DNA of 64,000 nt, from NCBI GenBank assembly GCA_963775925.1, contig CAVZKK010000012.1:36390-100389 (forward strand), in the 5' to 3' direction. Both the position numbers and the translations under genes were made by a program. The notes under the pieces are model-generated. The model ran no database searches and had not been told where the DNA came from. It saw only the letters and a program-made list of their open reading frames with translations. Below are positions 53,819-64,000 of this stretch, piece after piece. Source of the DNA: Candidatus Bathyarchaeota archaeon (GTDB taxonomy: Archaea > Thermoproteota > Bathyarchaeia > Bathyarchaeales > Bathycorpusculaceae). Numbering within the stretch: position 1 is the stretch's first letter; each line of letters opens with the position of its first letter.

Positions 53819-55550
53819 TTATTTTGTTTTTCCTGTTTTCTTGCAGAGGTTAGAGATAGCGAAGATTATGTGGGGCTGGGTGAAGATGCTGAAAACTTTT
53901 GTGTATTTTGGTGACCCAGCGTTCTTTATGTTTTCTTTTTTTCCTCCGGTTTCTAGGTATCCTTCAATAAACTCTTTAGCGACGCGCTCTAGAGCGTTTG
54001 CTGTAGAAAGCGGAGGAACATAATGCCCCGAATAATAGAGGAATTCGGCTATGTCCCAGTTTTGGTCACCGTCTCTGGTTGCCTGCTCCAAATCTACAAA
54101 GCATAGTTTTCCATTTGTTGTTACTATGACGTTTTCGGGCTTGCAGTCTCCTAAAAGAGACGCCTAATTTATGAATTTCAGCGATTTTCCCACCAACCTC
54201 CCGTATCAAACCTACTCTTGCTAATGTTTCCCTCTTGCCAGAAAGCATTTCCTTGACAATTTCGCCAAAGTTTTCTCCTTCAATAAACTCTTTGAAAATT
54301 AGCCGTTCTTGAGGGCTGACATACAACGTTTTTGGAACACAAATTCCCTTACTATGTAAAAACTGGTTAATTGCATATTCTCTTTCCAGTCTTGTTCTTC
54401 CAAGAACTGCGAAGGATTTAGTTCCCAGCGACCACAAGGTTAGAGGGAACCATTTGATGCTTGCCCAATCCCTGAACCTTTTAACTACAATCTTTTGTGC
54501 CTCATGACTTCTTTCAAGTGTGAGAAGGTATACGTCGTTTAAGACGCCTCCAATCGGTTTCAATTCCATATTAAGAATTTCTCCGCTGGGAACAGTTTTT
54601 CTTACAAAGTCTTCGATGGTAGTCTTATCTGAGAACGAAACTGGTCCAAGCGGTGTCGGCACAAAAACATGTTTTCTAGGGTCTTCAAGTTGAGAAACTA
54701 AATTCTCAACGTCTGCATCCTTGTGGGTCTGTAGCAAGATTTCTTGGTCATTCATGTAGGGTCTCATCATTTTCGGCAGAACACTCAAAATATTTAGCAA
54801 AGCTGCCCTTTGAACGGCTTTAATGAAAGTTGGAATTCGGATTCTTCGTTTTCTAACGGTGTCTATGAAGTTCCGTGTAATTTTCACATAACCGTTAGAT
54901 GAAGATTATTTTGTTTTCTTCTGCCAATTCGGTAAGTGCCGCTTGATATCCTTTCATCATGCAATCGACATTTTTCTTTTCACGTCCTCTCTCATCATGT
55001 TTAGATACGTGTAGGCTACTGGCGGAAACAGTCGAGCTCTTTGCATCATAGCCTCATACATGAAGTATTCTTTTTCGATGAGTAGTTCTTGAGAGAGTTC
55101 TGGAAACGTAAAGACAATATTTTCTAAAAGTTCCCAAATTATTCTTTTTTTCGCCTCCACTTCTTTCTTCTGCCAGTAACTTTCATTTAGCAGAGGCTGG
55201 TATGGGATGATGAGTTTATTTACGACAAATTCTCCAAGCCACCCTTGCCTAACATCTCTTTCAAACGAACCTTTATCAACCGCTAAAATGAATGCTCTAA
55301 CTTCGTTTAGAGACTTCAAATAACCCTTCAATATAGAACGATAATTATCAATCACCAATAGGACGTTTACATCGGTTTTCTCGTCAGCGTATCCACATAC
55401 ATGCGGACCATAGAAGCATGCAGCTACTATTTCGCGGGAGCCAGCAATACGCTTACAGACGCTTAATATGTTCTCGTTTAGATTTTCATTCTTAAACTGC
55501 ATTTTCATAGTATTTTCCATATTCTTAGCCGCATGGAATTTCTGTGACAA
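53819..55550 (-). CDS. Nucleotidyltransferase / atypical-kinase fusion protein (module copy 2), split over three frames
   Basis: Intact nucleotidyltransferase motif GS...GYADEKTDVNVLLVID. Kinase-like blocks VVKRF and, by hand translation across the frameshift, LGDCKPENVIV...DLEQA. C-terminal 90 aa in 53819-54091. Confidence 0.5.
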
Positions 55551-55779
55551 CTATTTCCTTTTTCTTTTCTTCTCTTTTAGGTTTAATGCGTCTAACGATT
55601 TTTTCCGTTTTTCCCTCCTCTCCGGGACAGTTGTGTTCTTCTGGAAGACAATGGTCTTGGCAATACCATTCTTCACATCTGGTGCATTGATAGGGCAGTG
55701 GAGTTGGTTGTAGACAGTAATTGCAGTGAGATGAAGCATAGCCTACGGTTGCTACATCCAATCTTAGATGTTGGAGCAA
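55525..55779 (-). CDS. AN1-type zinc-finger protein
   Basis: CNYC-x9-C-x2-C-x4-C-x2-H-x5-H-x-C fits the AN1 zinc-finger spacing exactly, followed by a Lys/Glu-rich tail. Confidence 0.5.
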   Translation of the reverse strand: MLQHLRLDVATVGYASSHCNYCLQPTPLPYQCTRCEEWYCQDHCLPEEHNCPGEEGKTEKIVRRIKPKREEKKKEIVVTEIPCG

Positions 55780-56000
55780 TATTTGACAAGATTTTCTTCA
55801 CTATTTCATGGCATTTTTCTCGAGGCATATAATCTGGCAGAACTATTGAGATTTCATTTCCTCGCTGAACTACCGTAAATCGTTGTCCACCAATTTTTCC
55901 ATCTCCAATTCCTTTGGTTCGTTCACGTAACCCCAATAGACGAATAATTTCTCCCCAAGCAATTTGAGAAAGCACTGTTCTAAAAATTAAGTTAGACATT

Positions 56001-57352
56001 TTATCTGTCACATCTAGCCATCTTATAGTATGCTCGCAACGCCTTTAACGCCTTTGCTGCCTTGTCAGGCAAATTATAGACAGGTATCTCAGTGTCCTGC
56101 AAAACCTTATAGACCATATTGAAGTCTTCTCCTCCAGCTGGAACATCAACCACAGGCTTGCCCAAACTCTTTTTTGCGGTTTCAGCAATCGCTTTAGCAT
56201 CTTCTGGTTCAAAGAAGCATGATTTCAGCATGTTTATGACCATAACTCCGTCCACGTTTGGGTCTGCTAAGACTAAGGCTAAAACGGTTGAGTATCTTTC
56301 ACTTCTTGCGTCTGCAATCAAGTCTATAGGGTTGATAACTTCTACTCCAGGATAATGCCTTTCAACTTCTTTTCTTGTTTTTTCTGAAAGCGTTGCTAAT
56401 TTTAAGCCGTTTCTTGCAATTGCGTCTGCAGCGAGGATGGCTGGTCCACCTACATTGCTTACAATCGCTATGTTGTCTCCACGCAGGGGCGGCTGTTTCA
56501 CTAGGGCAATGGCGGAGTTGAGCAGTTCTTCGGCATCTTCAACTCTGATGATTCCAGCTTTTTTCAGTGCTGCGTCAAACACGATGTCTGAGCCTGCTAT
56601 TGATGCCGTATGCGATAAGTGCTCTTCTGAGCCGCTTCCTTGGTTACTCCGCCTTTCAATGCCAGAATTGGTTTTTTCTTAACAACTTCTTGGGCTGTTT
56701 CTATGAATTCTCGTCCTCTTTCGATTCCTTCCATGTAGAGGCATATTGCTTTTGTTTCTGGGTCTTCGTTAAAGTATTGTAGTAAGTCTACGTCGTCGAT
56801 GTCGATTTTGTCTCCCATAAAAACGAATTTGCTTACGCCTATGCTGTAGCAATATGCCCAGTCTAGTAGGCATGCGCCGACTCCTCCGCTTTGAGAGATA
56901 ACTGAAATGTTACCTTTCGTGGGCATTAGGTCTTTTTCGAAGGTTGTGTTTAACCCGTTGGATGTGTTTATGACTCCCATGATCGTGTTTGGTCCAAGTA
57001 TGCGTATGCCATACTCTTTCCTAATGCTCGCTAGTTGTTGTCTTTGCTCATTCTTGAATCCGCCAGTTACCATGACTAATGCTTTGACTCCGATTTTAGC
57101 GCATTTTTCTGCCTCTTGCACTGCCAATTTTGGTGGAAGCATGATTACGCCTAAATCTGGCACTTTCAACAAAGTCTTGCGTTCTTCTTTTTCAATGTCG
57201 ATAAGGATAGTTTGTCCCTGAAAGAATTTCTTCATGTTGTAAACAACGTTTTCAAAAAGTTCAGGAGATGTCATTCCGACTTTTTCTCGAATTTTGCCAG
57301 ACCCAATAAGTAAGACGATTTTTGGTTCGAAGAGTGAATTCACTTCATTCAT
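56001..57352 (-). CDS. Acyl-CoA synthetase (ADP-forming) alpha-subunit-like protein (module copy 2), frameshifted near 56590
   Basis: Collinear paralog of 21672-23045, split into two ORFs (56597-57352 and 56001-56582). The phosphohistidine-loop region is conserved. Confidence 0.55.
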
Positions 57353-57683
57353 GACTTTGCCTCTTTCCTAGAAATCCTAGTTTGAAAGTGAGGGTTCAAA
57401 TATTCTCTTGAATAGGCTTAAACATTTCCTTTTTTTGTTTGCATGTTTGAGATATCGCGCGCAACTTTTGCCCTTCTCTCTTCTGATGAAAACTGGAAAA
57501 ATTTTTTGTTTTTTCATCAATTGCTGAGGGAATCTTTTGTTTTCTGATTTTGAAATAGGCGTTGGTTTGGGTTCTGTTGGGTTTGATAACTATGATAGGA
57601 GTTGATAAATGTTTTCAAGCATTTTGCCCTTTTCAAAAAAGGGTTAAGCTTAATATTTTCTGCTAGCTTCTCTTCTCAGCGTA

Positions 57684-58472
57684 GTGGTTGCTATGGGCTC
57701 AAGTTCTGGGTCTGCGGTAAAATTGAGTAATGTCGTCAAACGTTATAGCGACATTACTGCACTAGATAATGTTAATTTGGATGTAAGATATGGCGAAATT
57801 TTTGGGCTTCTCGGACCAAATGGCTCAGGCAAGTCAACTACGTTGAAGATTATTTTAGGTTTGGTTAAGGCTGATTCTGGCTTTACCAACGTTTTAGGCA
57901 TAGATGCAGAAGAGAATCCTGTGGCTGTGAAGCAGCAGGTAGGGTATGTTCCAGAGTCGCCACATCTTTATGAGTTTTTGACAGGAATTGAGTATCTTGA
58001 CTTTATCGGCGACATCTATGGAATGCAACCAACAGAAAAGAAGGAACGAATAGCCGAATACTTGCAGGCGCTTGATTTGGAAGGAAGAGAAGGCGACATG
58101 ATAGCTGGCTATTCCGCTGGAATGAAACAGAAAATAGCCATAATATCTGCTCTTATACATAAGCCGAAACTGCTACTTCTAGACGAGCCGTTGACTGGTT
58201 TGGACCCGAGGTCAGCCAGAATCATAAAAGACCTACTTCATGAATTAGCCTCAAAAGGGGTAACAGTCATTATGTCGACTCATATCTTAGAAATTGCTCA
58301 AGCCATGTGTCACCGCATAGCCATTATGCTCAATGGGAGAATCCTTGCATTAGGCAACATGGAAGAGCTGAGGCAAAAAGCAAAACTGCCCGGCTCAGAT
58401 TTGGAAGACATCTTCCTAAAACTTACAGGAACAGAAGACATTAAAGATGTAGTTGAGGCACTCCTCAAATGA
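57684..58472 (+). CDS. ABC transporter ATP-binding protein
   Basis: Walker A GPNGSGKST, signature YSAGMKQKIAIISAL, Walker B LLLDEPLTGLD. Confidence 0.85.
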   Translation: MVAMGSSSGSAVKLSNVVKRYSDITALDNVNLDVRYGEIFGLLGPNGSGKSTTLKIILGLVKADSGFTNVLGIDAEENPVAVKQQVGYVPESPHLYEFLTGIEYLDFIGDIYGMQPTEKKERIAEYLQALDLEGREGDMIAGYSAGMKQKIAIISALIHKPKLLLLDEPLTGLDPRSARIIKDLLHELASKGVTVIMSTHILEIAQAMCHRIAIMLNGRILALGNMEELRQKAKLPGSDLEDIFLKLTGTEDIKDVVEALLK

Positions 58473-60146
58473 AGTGGAAAAATGTTGCTAGGCTCATAAG
58501 CGTTGACATCAAGTCAGGAAGACTGATGAGGAGTAGAGAGTTTAGAAAATATCGGGAAAACAAGTTTCTTACATATCTGCTTTATATTGGGGCCGTTTTA
58601 GTAGGAATTGCAGTTGCAGTAATTGTTTTGAGCGTATATGCGGCTATAGCAGATGCGTCGATGAGACAAGTAATTCATGATGGAATCATGGCACTGTTCC
58701 TTTCTTTTCCGTCTTTGATTTTCATTTACAGCCTTGTTTTAACTTTGATGGGGCAACTTCAACGAATGGGGATAAAAGTCTCTATTCAACCGCCTTATTG
58801 GTTGCCTATTACGTGGAGTGAGCATACTCTTGCATCGATTATCGCTATCCTTCTCGGCATTCCGCTTGCTTCAATACTTTTAATTGGTTCAATAGTTGCG
58901 GTGCTTTCCATCTTTCTGGGGCAAGTGCAGTTGGCGATTTTCACTATCTTAGCGTCTTTTGCTAGTGCGTTTATGGCTAGCACTACTACAGAGATTTTCA
59001 GAGTTTTGCAACTCAGACTAGTTGGAGCAGTGTACAAATCCTCTGGCAAAGTCTGCAGTCTGGGTTAGATTCATAGGGTCAATGCTTTTCATCGTAATTT
59101 TCTATTTAATCTGGTTTTCAATTGCTTCTGGAATGAATTCAATTGCCTTCATAGGGGCAATTAGCAGTTGGCAAAGGCTGGTTTGGTTTATTCCCTATGT
59201 TTGGCTAGGGATGGCTTTATACTCCCTCTCTTATGGATTACTTTTTGATACACTCATTTTCTCAATCGCATCTATATTCTTCATTCTACTCCTATTTTAC
59301 ATAGCGGTTAAACTGAACACAAGATATGGGCTATATGAGCCTCCTGCAATTACTATCTCTCGAGGAGTTTATTCACCAAAAACTGGCTTCTTAGCAAAGT
59401 TGGGTTTCTCTTCCCTAGAAGCAGCAATCATCAGGAAAGATTTCAAGGCTTTCACGAGACGCAAAGAATTAATGTATATTTTCATAATGCCCATTGTATT
59501 AGTAATTGTGCCGTTAATGCAGTCTTTCAATGCAGCGACAACTCCTTCTTCAGCGTTTTCTCAACTGTTCCTTTCTGCATGGGTCCTCTTGATTCCTGGT
59601 CCCGCTATGGCTGCGATCATGGGAGATATGATTCTTGGCGAAGAAGGTGGAGCAGTGTGGCATTTCTTTTCATCGCCACTCTCTGCGGGTAATCTTCTCA
59701 AATGCAAGTATGCGGTTGTGGCGTCATTCTCATTCCTAGTAGCAGCTATTTGTAGCGTGATTGGCATAGTGATATTTCAGCCATCAGTGAAAGTCATCGC
59801 GGTTTCCCTAATCGAGTCCATCTTCTTGATTATTGCCTTAGCTATGATTTCTATCGAATCTGGAATAAGAGGAGCAGACTTCGTTGAGATTCCAAGACCG
59901 AGAATGATAAAAACTTGGACAGCAATTACCAGTTTCATTTTATGCTCAATAGTTGGTTTAGTGATACTGGCACCTCTCTTGCCACATGTTGCTACAAAAA
60001 TTGGTTTGCCCATATCTTTAGTGCCCCCTTTTGACCTCTACATTTCGCTTATAGCAAGCGGGCTCATAGCCTCTGTAATAACCTACATATTTTATAGGTT
60101 AGCATTGAAAAGAGCAAAGGATTTTCTAACCAACACTGAAACCTAA
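58469..60146 (+). CDS. Polytopic membrane protein(s), the putative permease for the preceding ATPase; possibly one gene split by a frameshift near 59030
   Basis: Two overlapping ORFs (58469-59068 and 59022-60146), both strongly hydrophobic. Start overlaps the ATPase stop. Confidence 0.45.
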
Positions 60147-60308
60147 AGCGGTTAGAACGAAGAATATTGAACCATTGGTTAAAGCAGGTTGATCTGTACC
60201 AAAAAACATGAATAGTGTTCTCACAAGAATGGCCAATCTTTCAAAATATATTGGAAACCTATATTATGATTACCTTCAAAGGCATGGGTAATAAAGAAAA
60301 AAGGAGAA

Positions 60309-60653
60309 TTATGGGGGTGGAGGCGGTGGTGGGGGTGTCGCCCCACTGGGTTTCCATCTGAGAGCCAAAATACCTCCGATGAGAGTAATGATATTCAGTC
60401 CGGCAATTATTGACAATACCACAATAATGATGCCCCAAGTGTGTGCAGAAGATGGCTTATTGTACATCATGACTGCTCCAAGTATCATTATTAATCCGAG
60501 TATTATGAAGTAAGCGCCAATCATTACATTCGTGTTAGGATCCATGCCAGAGATTAGCACCGCCAGTCTTGCAGCAAGTGCAACGCCAAGAAGAATCTCA
60601 AGGATTCCTCCGATCAAGGTTACAATGAATGCAGTGGTAGGTTTTTCTGCCAA
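60309..60653 (-). CDS. Small membrane protein with a C-terminal polyproline tail
   Basis: 114 aa, three transmembrane helices, ends ...GATPPPPPPPP (poly-G run in the DNA on the plus strand). Confidence 0.4.
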   Translation of the reverse strand: MAEKPTTAFIVTLIGGILEILLGVALAARLAVLISGMDPNTNVMIGAYFIILGLIMILGAVMMYNKPSSAHTWGIIIVVLSIIAGLNIITLIGGILALRWKPSGATPPPPPPPP

Positions 60654-60718
60654 TCAATTCACCTTGAGCTGTTTGTTACTTCTTTCAGTTTATAAGTTTT
60701 TTTTGGATAAGTCGCAGT

Positions 60719-61501
60719 CTAGTGCCTTTGTAGAATCTTCATGTATGCAAAGATCGCGAGAGATGCAAACATTGCAGAGAAGATGGCTACGTTCAATAGC
60801 ATAAGTGGCGAAAAGACATAGCCATCGGATGCGGGAAGTAAAAAGGAACGAATCATGTCGGAACCGTTAGTTAATGGGTTAACTTCCGCAAAAATGACTA
60901 AGAACCCAAGTCCTTTTGTTTCGAGTATTTGAATGACCGATATCGGGTAGAATACCGTGCTACAGAAGAACAACATGTAATACACAACGCTCCTAGCAGT
61001 TACAAACTTCTCAAAACTCGTGGTTGATACCGCAATTGAAATGCTGATTCCAGAAATCCCAATGGCTAACAATAATAGCGTCAACAATATAAGCAAAAGT
61101 TCAGGCAGAGTTGGAAAATGAAGCACGATGAAGTTAGTTATCAATAATGGTGTCATGTAAAGCATCCCTCTCAATCCGCCTGCAAGCACTCGTCCAATAG
61201 CCAACTCAGCCCGAGTCATAGGCAAACTAAGTAGATAATGATGAATCTCTCGGCGAACTTCCATGTTGATTTCTCTACCAATCATGAACGCCGAAGCAAA
61301 AAGCCCAACGACAGCGAGACCTGGAGCGAAGAACTGAAAATAGTCAAAACCAGGGATATTTTTCGTCATCTGAGTAAAAACGATGGCACTAATGAATAAG
61401 TCAGCCAAATTCATGGCAAGAAGCCCAATAATGAACCATCTGTAACGGAAGAAATTCTTGAAATCGTACTCGATGACATGCAAAATGGCTTTCACTTTCA
61501 C
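60719..61501 (-). CDS. ABC-2 family permease (module copy 2, paralog of 20797-21579)
   Basis: Six transmembrane helices, collinear with its paralog (shared HDFRNFFRYKWWL/HVIEYDFKNFFRYRWFI, GREINME). Confidence 0.7.
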   Translation of the reverse strand: MKVKAILHVIEYDFKNFFRYRWFIIGLLAMNLADLFISAIVFTQMTKNIPGFDYFQFFAPGLAVVGLFASAFMIGREINMEVRREIHHYLLSLPMTRAELAIGRVLAGGLRGMLYMTPLLITNFIVLHFPTLPELLLILLTLLLLAIGISGISISIAVSTTSFEKFVTARSVVYYMLFFCSTVFYPISVIQILETKGLGFLVIFAEVNPLTNGSDMIRSFLLPASDGYVFSPLMLLNVAIFSAMFASLAIFAYMKILQRH

Positions 61502-62286
61502 TGCCAGCTACCTCCTTCAAGCCGCCTCTCGTAGAAAACCACGCCTACAAACGTGAAGGAAAGGAAGAATATGAAAAGTCCAAGAACACCGACAAACGGA
61601 CTGAATTGGATAGAGCCTCCAACTCCAGTAGCCCAGCGGAACATGTCAGAAGCGTAAGTGAGCGGATTAAAGTTAGCGATTGCAGCGTATGAGGGCATGG
61701 CTTGCTGCAAATAAAGCATCGGGTACATCGTCGTGCTTAATCGCACAATCAACGCGTCTAATACGCCGATGAATATGTCGTACTTGTCGCCTGACTTCAT
61801 GGTCACTGCTATTGTGATGCTCATACCAGAAACCCCGAAAGCAAACAAGAAAAGAGAAGCAATCGCAACGAGTAAATAAAGTGGATTTGAAACACCCAAG
61901 ATAAGCAAAACAATCACTAGCAAGGGTCCAACATAGATGAAACTGCGTAGGCCTCCTCCTATTGACCGCCCTAACACAAGTTCTCTTCGGCTTATGGGAA
62001 GCGTGAGCAAATACTCAAATACGCCGTGTTCAGCTTCCTCAAAAATGTCGTATCCAATAAACATAGATGTTGAATACAATGTTATTATTGTTACGCCAGC
62101 CACATAGTAGTTAAAGTAGCTTATGTCCAACACTTCAGCGGCTGATTGAACCATTTGGTTAACAACAAGTCCAAAAAGGGCTACTTGTGCCACGAACCAT
62201 ACTCCACGCATAATAAAAAGAAACTTGTATTGCATGAACATGCGCAAGTCACGTTCAATCACAAGCCAGAGTTTTTTTAAGCCCAC
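61498..62286 (-). CDS. ABC-2 family permease (module copy 2, paralog of 20056-20796)
   Basis: Six transmembrane helices. Shared blocks EEAEHGVFEYLL, GRSIGGGLRSFIYVGPL, YERR.EGG.WQ. Confidence 0.7.
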   Translation of the reverse strand: MGLKKLWLVIERDLRMFMQYKFLFIMRGVWFVAQVALFGLVVNQMVQSAAEVLDISYFNYYVAGVTIITLYSTSMFIGYDIFEEAEHGVFEYLLTLPISRRELVLGRSIGGGLRSFIYVGPLLVIVLLILGVSNPLYLLVAIASLFLFAFGVSGMSITIAVTMKSGDKYDIFIGVLDALIVRLSTTMYPMLYLQQAMPSYAAIANFNPLTYASDMFRWATGVGGSIQFSPFVGVLGLFIFFLSFTFVGVVFYERRLEGGSWQ

Positions 62287-62300
62287 GGCAATAGCCTCAT

Positions 62301-63278
62301 TTACTGCACGTACTGTGCCTCTTCAAGAGTCAAGCCTGTAAAGTGAGAAAACACGATGTCTAAGGAGGGCTCAGCCATGTGAATAGAGGATATCCTTAGA
62401 TTATGGTCATAGAACAGTTTTGTTATTTTGGGTGTCACAGCCTCCATTTGGTTTAAGTACAACATCAGTTGGGTGGAACCTACTTTTTTGACTGAGACAA
62501 CTTCCTTGAAGGCTTGCAGTTCATCAAAAACCTTGTCTGGCACTTCCTTTTCCAAATGAACTTCCATGATGTCGCCGCCTGGTACGCTGTCCTTCAGTTT
62601 CTTAGGCGTATCGCACACGAGCAGTTTGCCCTTATGCATTATGGCAACTCTATCCGAAAGGACGTCAGCTTCATTGAGTTCATTTGTCGCCAAAATTATT
62701 GTAGAACCTTCCTTTCTCAAGTCGCGAAGCATATTCCAGATTCTGTGTTTTCCGACCACATCGATTTGGGCGGTAGGTTCGTCAACGATGGCTATCTTTG
62801 GTCTCTGAATCAAAACTTTTGCAATCTCCACACGTTTTTTCATTCCACCAGACAGAGCATGAACACTCTTGTGGCGGTCATCCCACATACTCACTTCTTC
62901 TAACGCCCATTTGACTCTCCTCTTACGCTCTTGAGTGGAAAGTCCACAGACCTTTGCATGCCAGTTGAGAACATTCCATGCAGTGCTCACCCAGAGAAGC
63001 TTGGGTTCTTGGAAGCAGACACCAATCATTTCACGGGCTTTGTCGGGTTGTTTCCTGATGTCGAATCCTACTACTGTGGCTGTTCCTTCAGTTGGTCGTA
63101 TTACCGTTGTGAGCATTAGTATAGTTGTTGTTTTGCCTGCACCATTGGGTCCAAGCAAGCCAAAGATTTCGCCTTCTTCTATTTCAAGGTTCAAATTGTC
63201 TACGGCTGTAAGTTTTCCAAATTTCTTCGTCAAGTTTGTAGTTTGGATGATTGGCACATGCTCGCCTTCATAACTCAA
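62301..63278 (-). CDS. ABC-2 type transporter ATP-binding protein (module copy 2, paralog of 19068-20030)
   Basis: Walker A GPNGAGKTT, signature LSGGMKKRVEIAKVL, Walker B IAIVDEPTAQ, and the same C-terminal domain. Confidence 0.85.
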   Translation of the reverse strand: MSYEGEHVPIIQTTNLTKKFGKLTAVDNLNLEIEEGEIFGLLGPNGAGKTTTILMLTTVIRPTEGTATVVGFDIRKQPDKAREMIGVCFQEPKLLWVSTAWNVLNWHAKVCGLSTQERKRRVKWALEEVSMWDDRHKSVHALSGGMKKRVEIAKVLIQRPKIAIVDEPTAQIDVVGKHRIWNMLRDLRKEGSTIILATNELNEADVLSDRVAIMHKGKLLVCDTPKKLKDSVPGGDIMEVHLEKEVPDKVFDELQAFKEVVSVKKVGSTQLMLYLNQMEAVTPKITKLFYDHNLRISSIHMAEPSLDIVFSHFTGLTLEEAQYVQ

Positions 63279-63623
63279 ATTTTGGAAAGATAAGGAAAAG
63301 ACGATTGTGGATAAAAGGCTATCGCAGAACGCTATGCATTTTTATGGAATATCCTTTTGGCCTTTAAGTGTTTTTAAGCGGACGGTTGCTTGGAGTAATG
63401 CGAGTCTAGATAAATCTAGGTATACACTCTCTCTGTGTTGAGAAAATTTTTTTGTGTTTTTCTAGGATTTAAACTGTTGGTTTTTTGGGTTTTGTTTTTG
63501 TTTCTGTCGTTGTTTTGGGTTCTGTTTTGTGGGGTTTTTAACATACTTATTGGTGTGTTATAATGTGCTTATTGGTGGTTTCTTAGGCTTTCAAGAAAAG
63601 ACTTGTCTGCTAAGAAGACTTGA

Positions 63624-63824
63624 TCAGACAATAGCTGGAGGTTTGCCTTTTCTAGTCTGCCATTTCACTATTGCAAGACCAAACATAGTAATTAGTAGAG
63701 CTCCGAAGAGTATAGAAACCCAATTAGAGCCTATTGCCTTAAGATTTGTCAGTATTTCGCTCCGATACATTGCAAACCATATGATGCATAAGAGACCGCT
63801 CATTATCATGAGGGGGATTTTCAA
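63624..63824 (-). CDS. Small two-helix membrane protein
   Basis: 66-aa hydrophobic ORF. Weak call. Confidence 0.25.
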   Translation of the reverse strand: MKIPLMIMSGLLCIIWFAMYRSEILTNLKAIGSNWVSILFGALLITMFGLAIVKWQTRKGKPPAIV

Positions 63825-64000
63825 AAAGTAAGTTTCTTCAAAGATCCAAGTTGTGTTTTTCCGAAAGGTGCTTCTTGATCGCTTCTGTCAAGTTCTCCAG
63901 CCAAAAAAAGTATCCCTATAGAAAAGTATCCCACAATTTGTGGAACACATTTTGCAAGATTATCTGAGAAGAGCCTAAGATTTGAGAAATCTGGAGCCAG

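Noticed and set aside
55673-56011. The 112-aa ORF overlapping the start of the AN1 zinc-finger gene, as an independent gene
   Set aside because: Its 3' third overlaps the well-supported AN1 gene in another frame. Only the N-terminal part might be real, and I could not support it independently.
60309-60340. The poly-G/poly-C tract (polyproline codons) as a phase-variation switch or repeat element
   Set aside because: The run encodes a plausible polyproline C-terminus in frame. Slippage-based phase variation is possible in principle but there is no evidence for it from a single sequence.
1-64000. CRISPR arrays, rRNA genes, and integrase, transposase or prophage genes
   Set aside because: I found no regularly spaced direct repeats and no sequences resembling rRNA or recombinases. 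The only repeats seen are the short motifs and the paralogous gene blocks reported above.

Overview
This 64-kb window looks like archaeal chromosome, probably from an uncultivated archaeon assembled from a metagenome. It is moderately AT-rich. The archaeal assignment rests on a LonB-type membrane Lon protease, an adjacent Rio kinase and KH/Dim2 gene pair, an Hjc-type resolvase fold, Fae (formaldehyde-activating enzyme) domains, a tRNA-His with an encoded G-1, and many zinc-ribbon proteins. Coding density is high on both strands.

Major caveat: at least 20 genes are split over two to four reading frames, often at short homopolymer runs. Several of them are indispensable (Lon, HemL, malate dehydrogenase, FeoB). 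I read these breaks as indel errors in the assembly rather than as pseudogenes, and I report each as one merged gene with a note.

Main contents, in order:
- Ribosome biogenesis: Rio kinase (partial) and KH/Dim2.
- Purine/MTA salvage: PNP-family phosphorylase, YjbQ, MtaD-like deaminase.
- LonB protease.
- An Hjc-like nuclease fused to a lipoyl-like barrel.
- A MacB-type ABC exporter.
- A radical-SAM/SPASM protein.
- HemL.
- A flotillin operon.
- An iron-uptake locus: DtxR with a FeoA domain, FeoB, and a small zinc-ribbon gene.
- An NFACT/Rqc2 ribosome-quality-control factor.
- TrmI tRNA methyltransferase.
- Two tandem genes, each fusing a DapA-like aldolase to an Fae domain.

Most notable observation: a six-gene module is present twice, in inverted orientation, about 30 kb apart. 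It comprises an ABC-2 exporter ATPase, two ABC-2 permeases, an ADP-forming acyl-CoA synthetase alpha-type protein, and a nucleotidyltransferase/atypical-kinase fusion protein. The two copies are substantially diverged (roughly 60-70% amino-acid identity by eye), so the duplication is old.

A second two-gene unit is also duplicated next to each module copy: a 300-aa conserved protein I cannot assign to a family, plus a small helical protein.

Two short DNA motifs each recur three times in intergenic DNA. There is also a ~1-kb ORF-free, strand-skewed region (6466-7449).

I found no CRISPR array, rRNA or obvious transposase.
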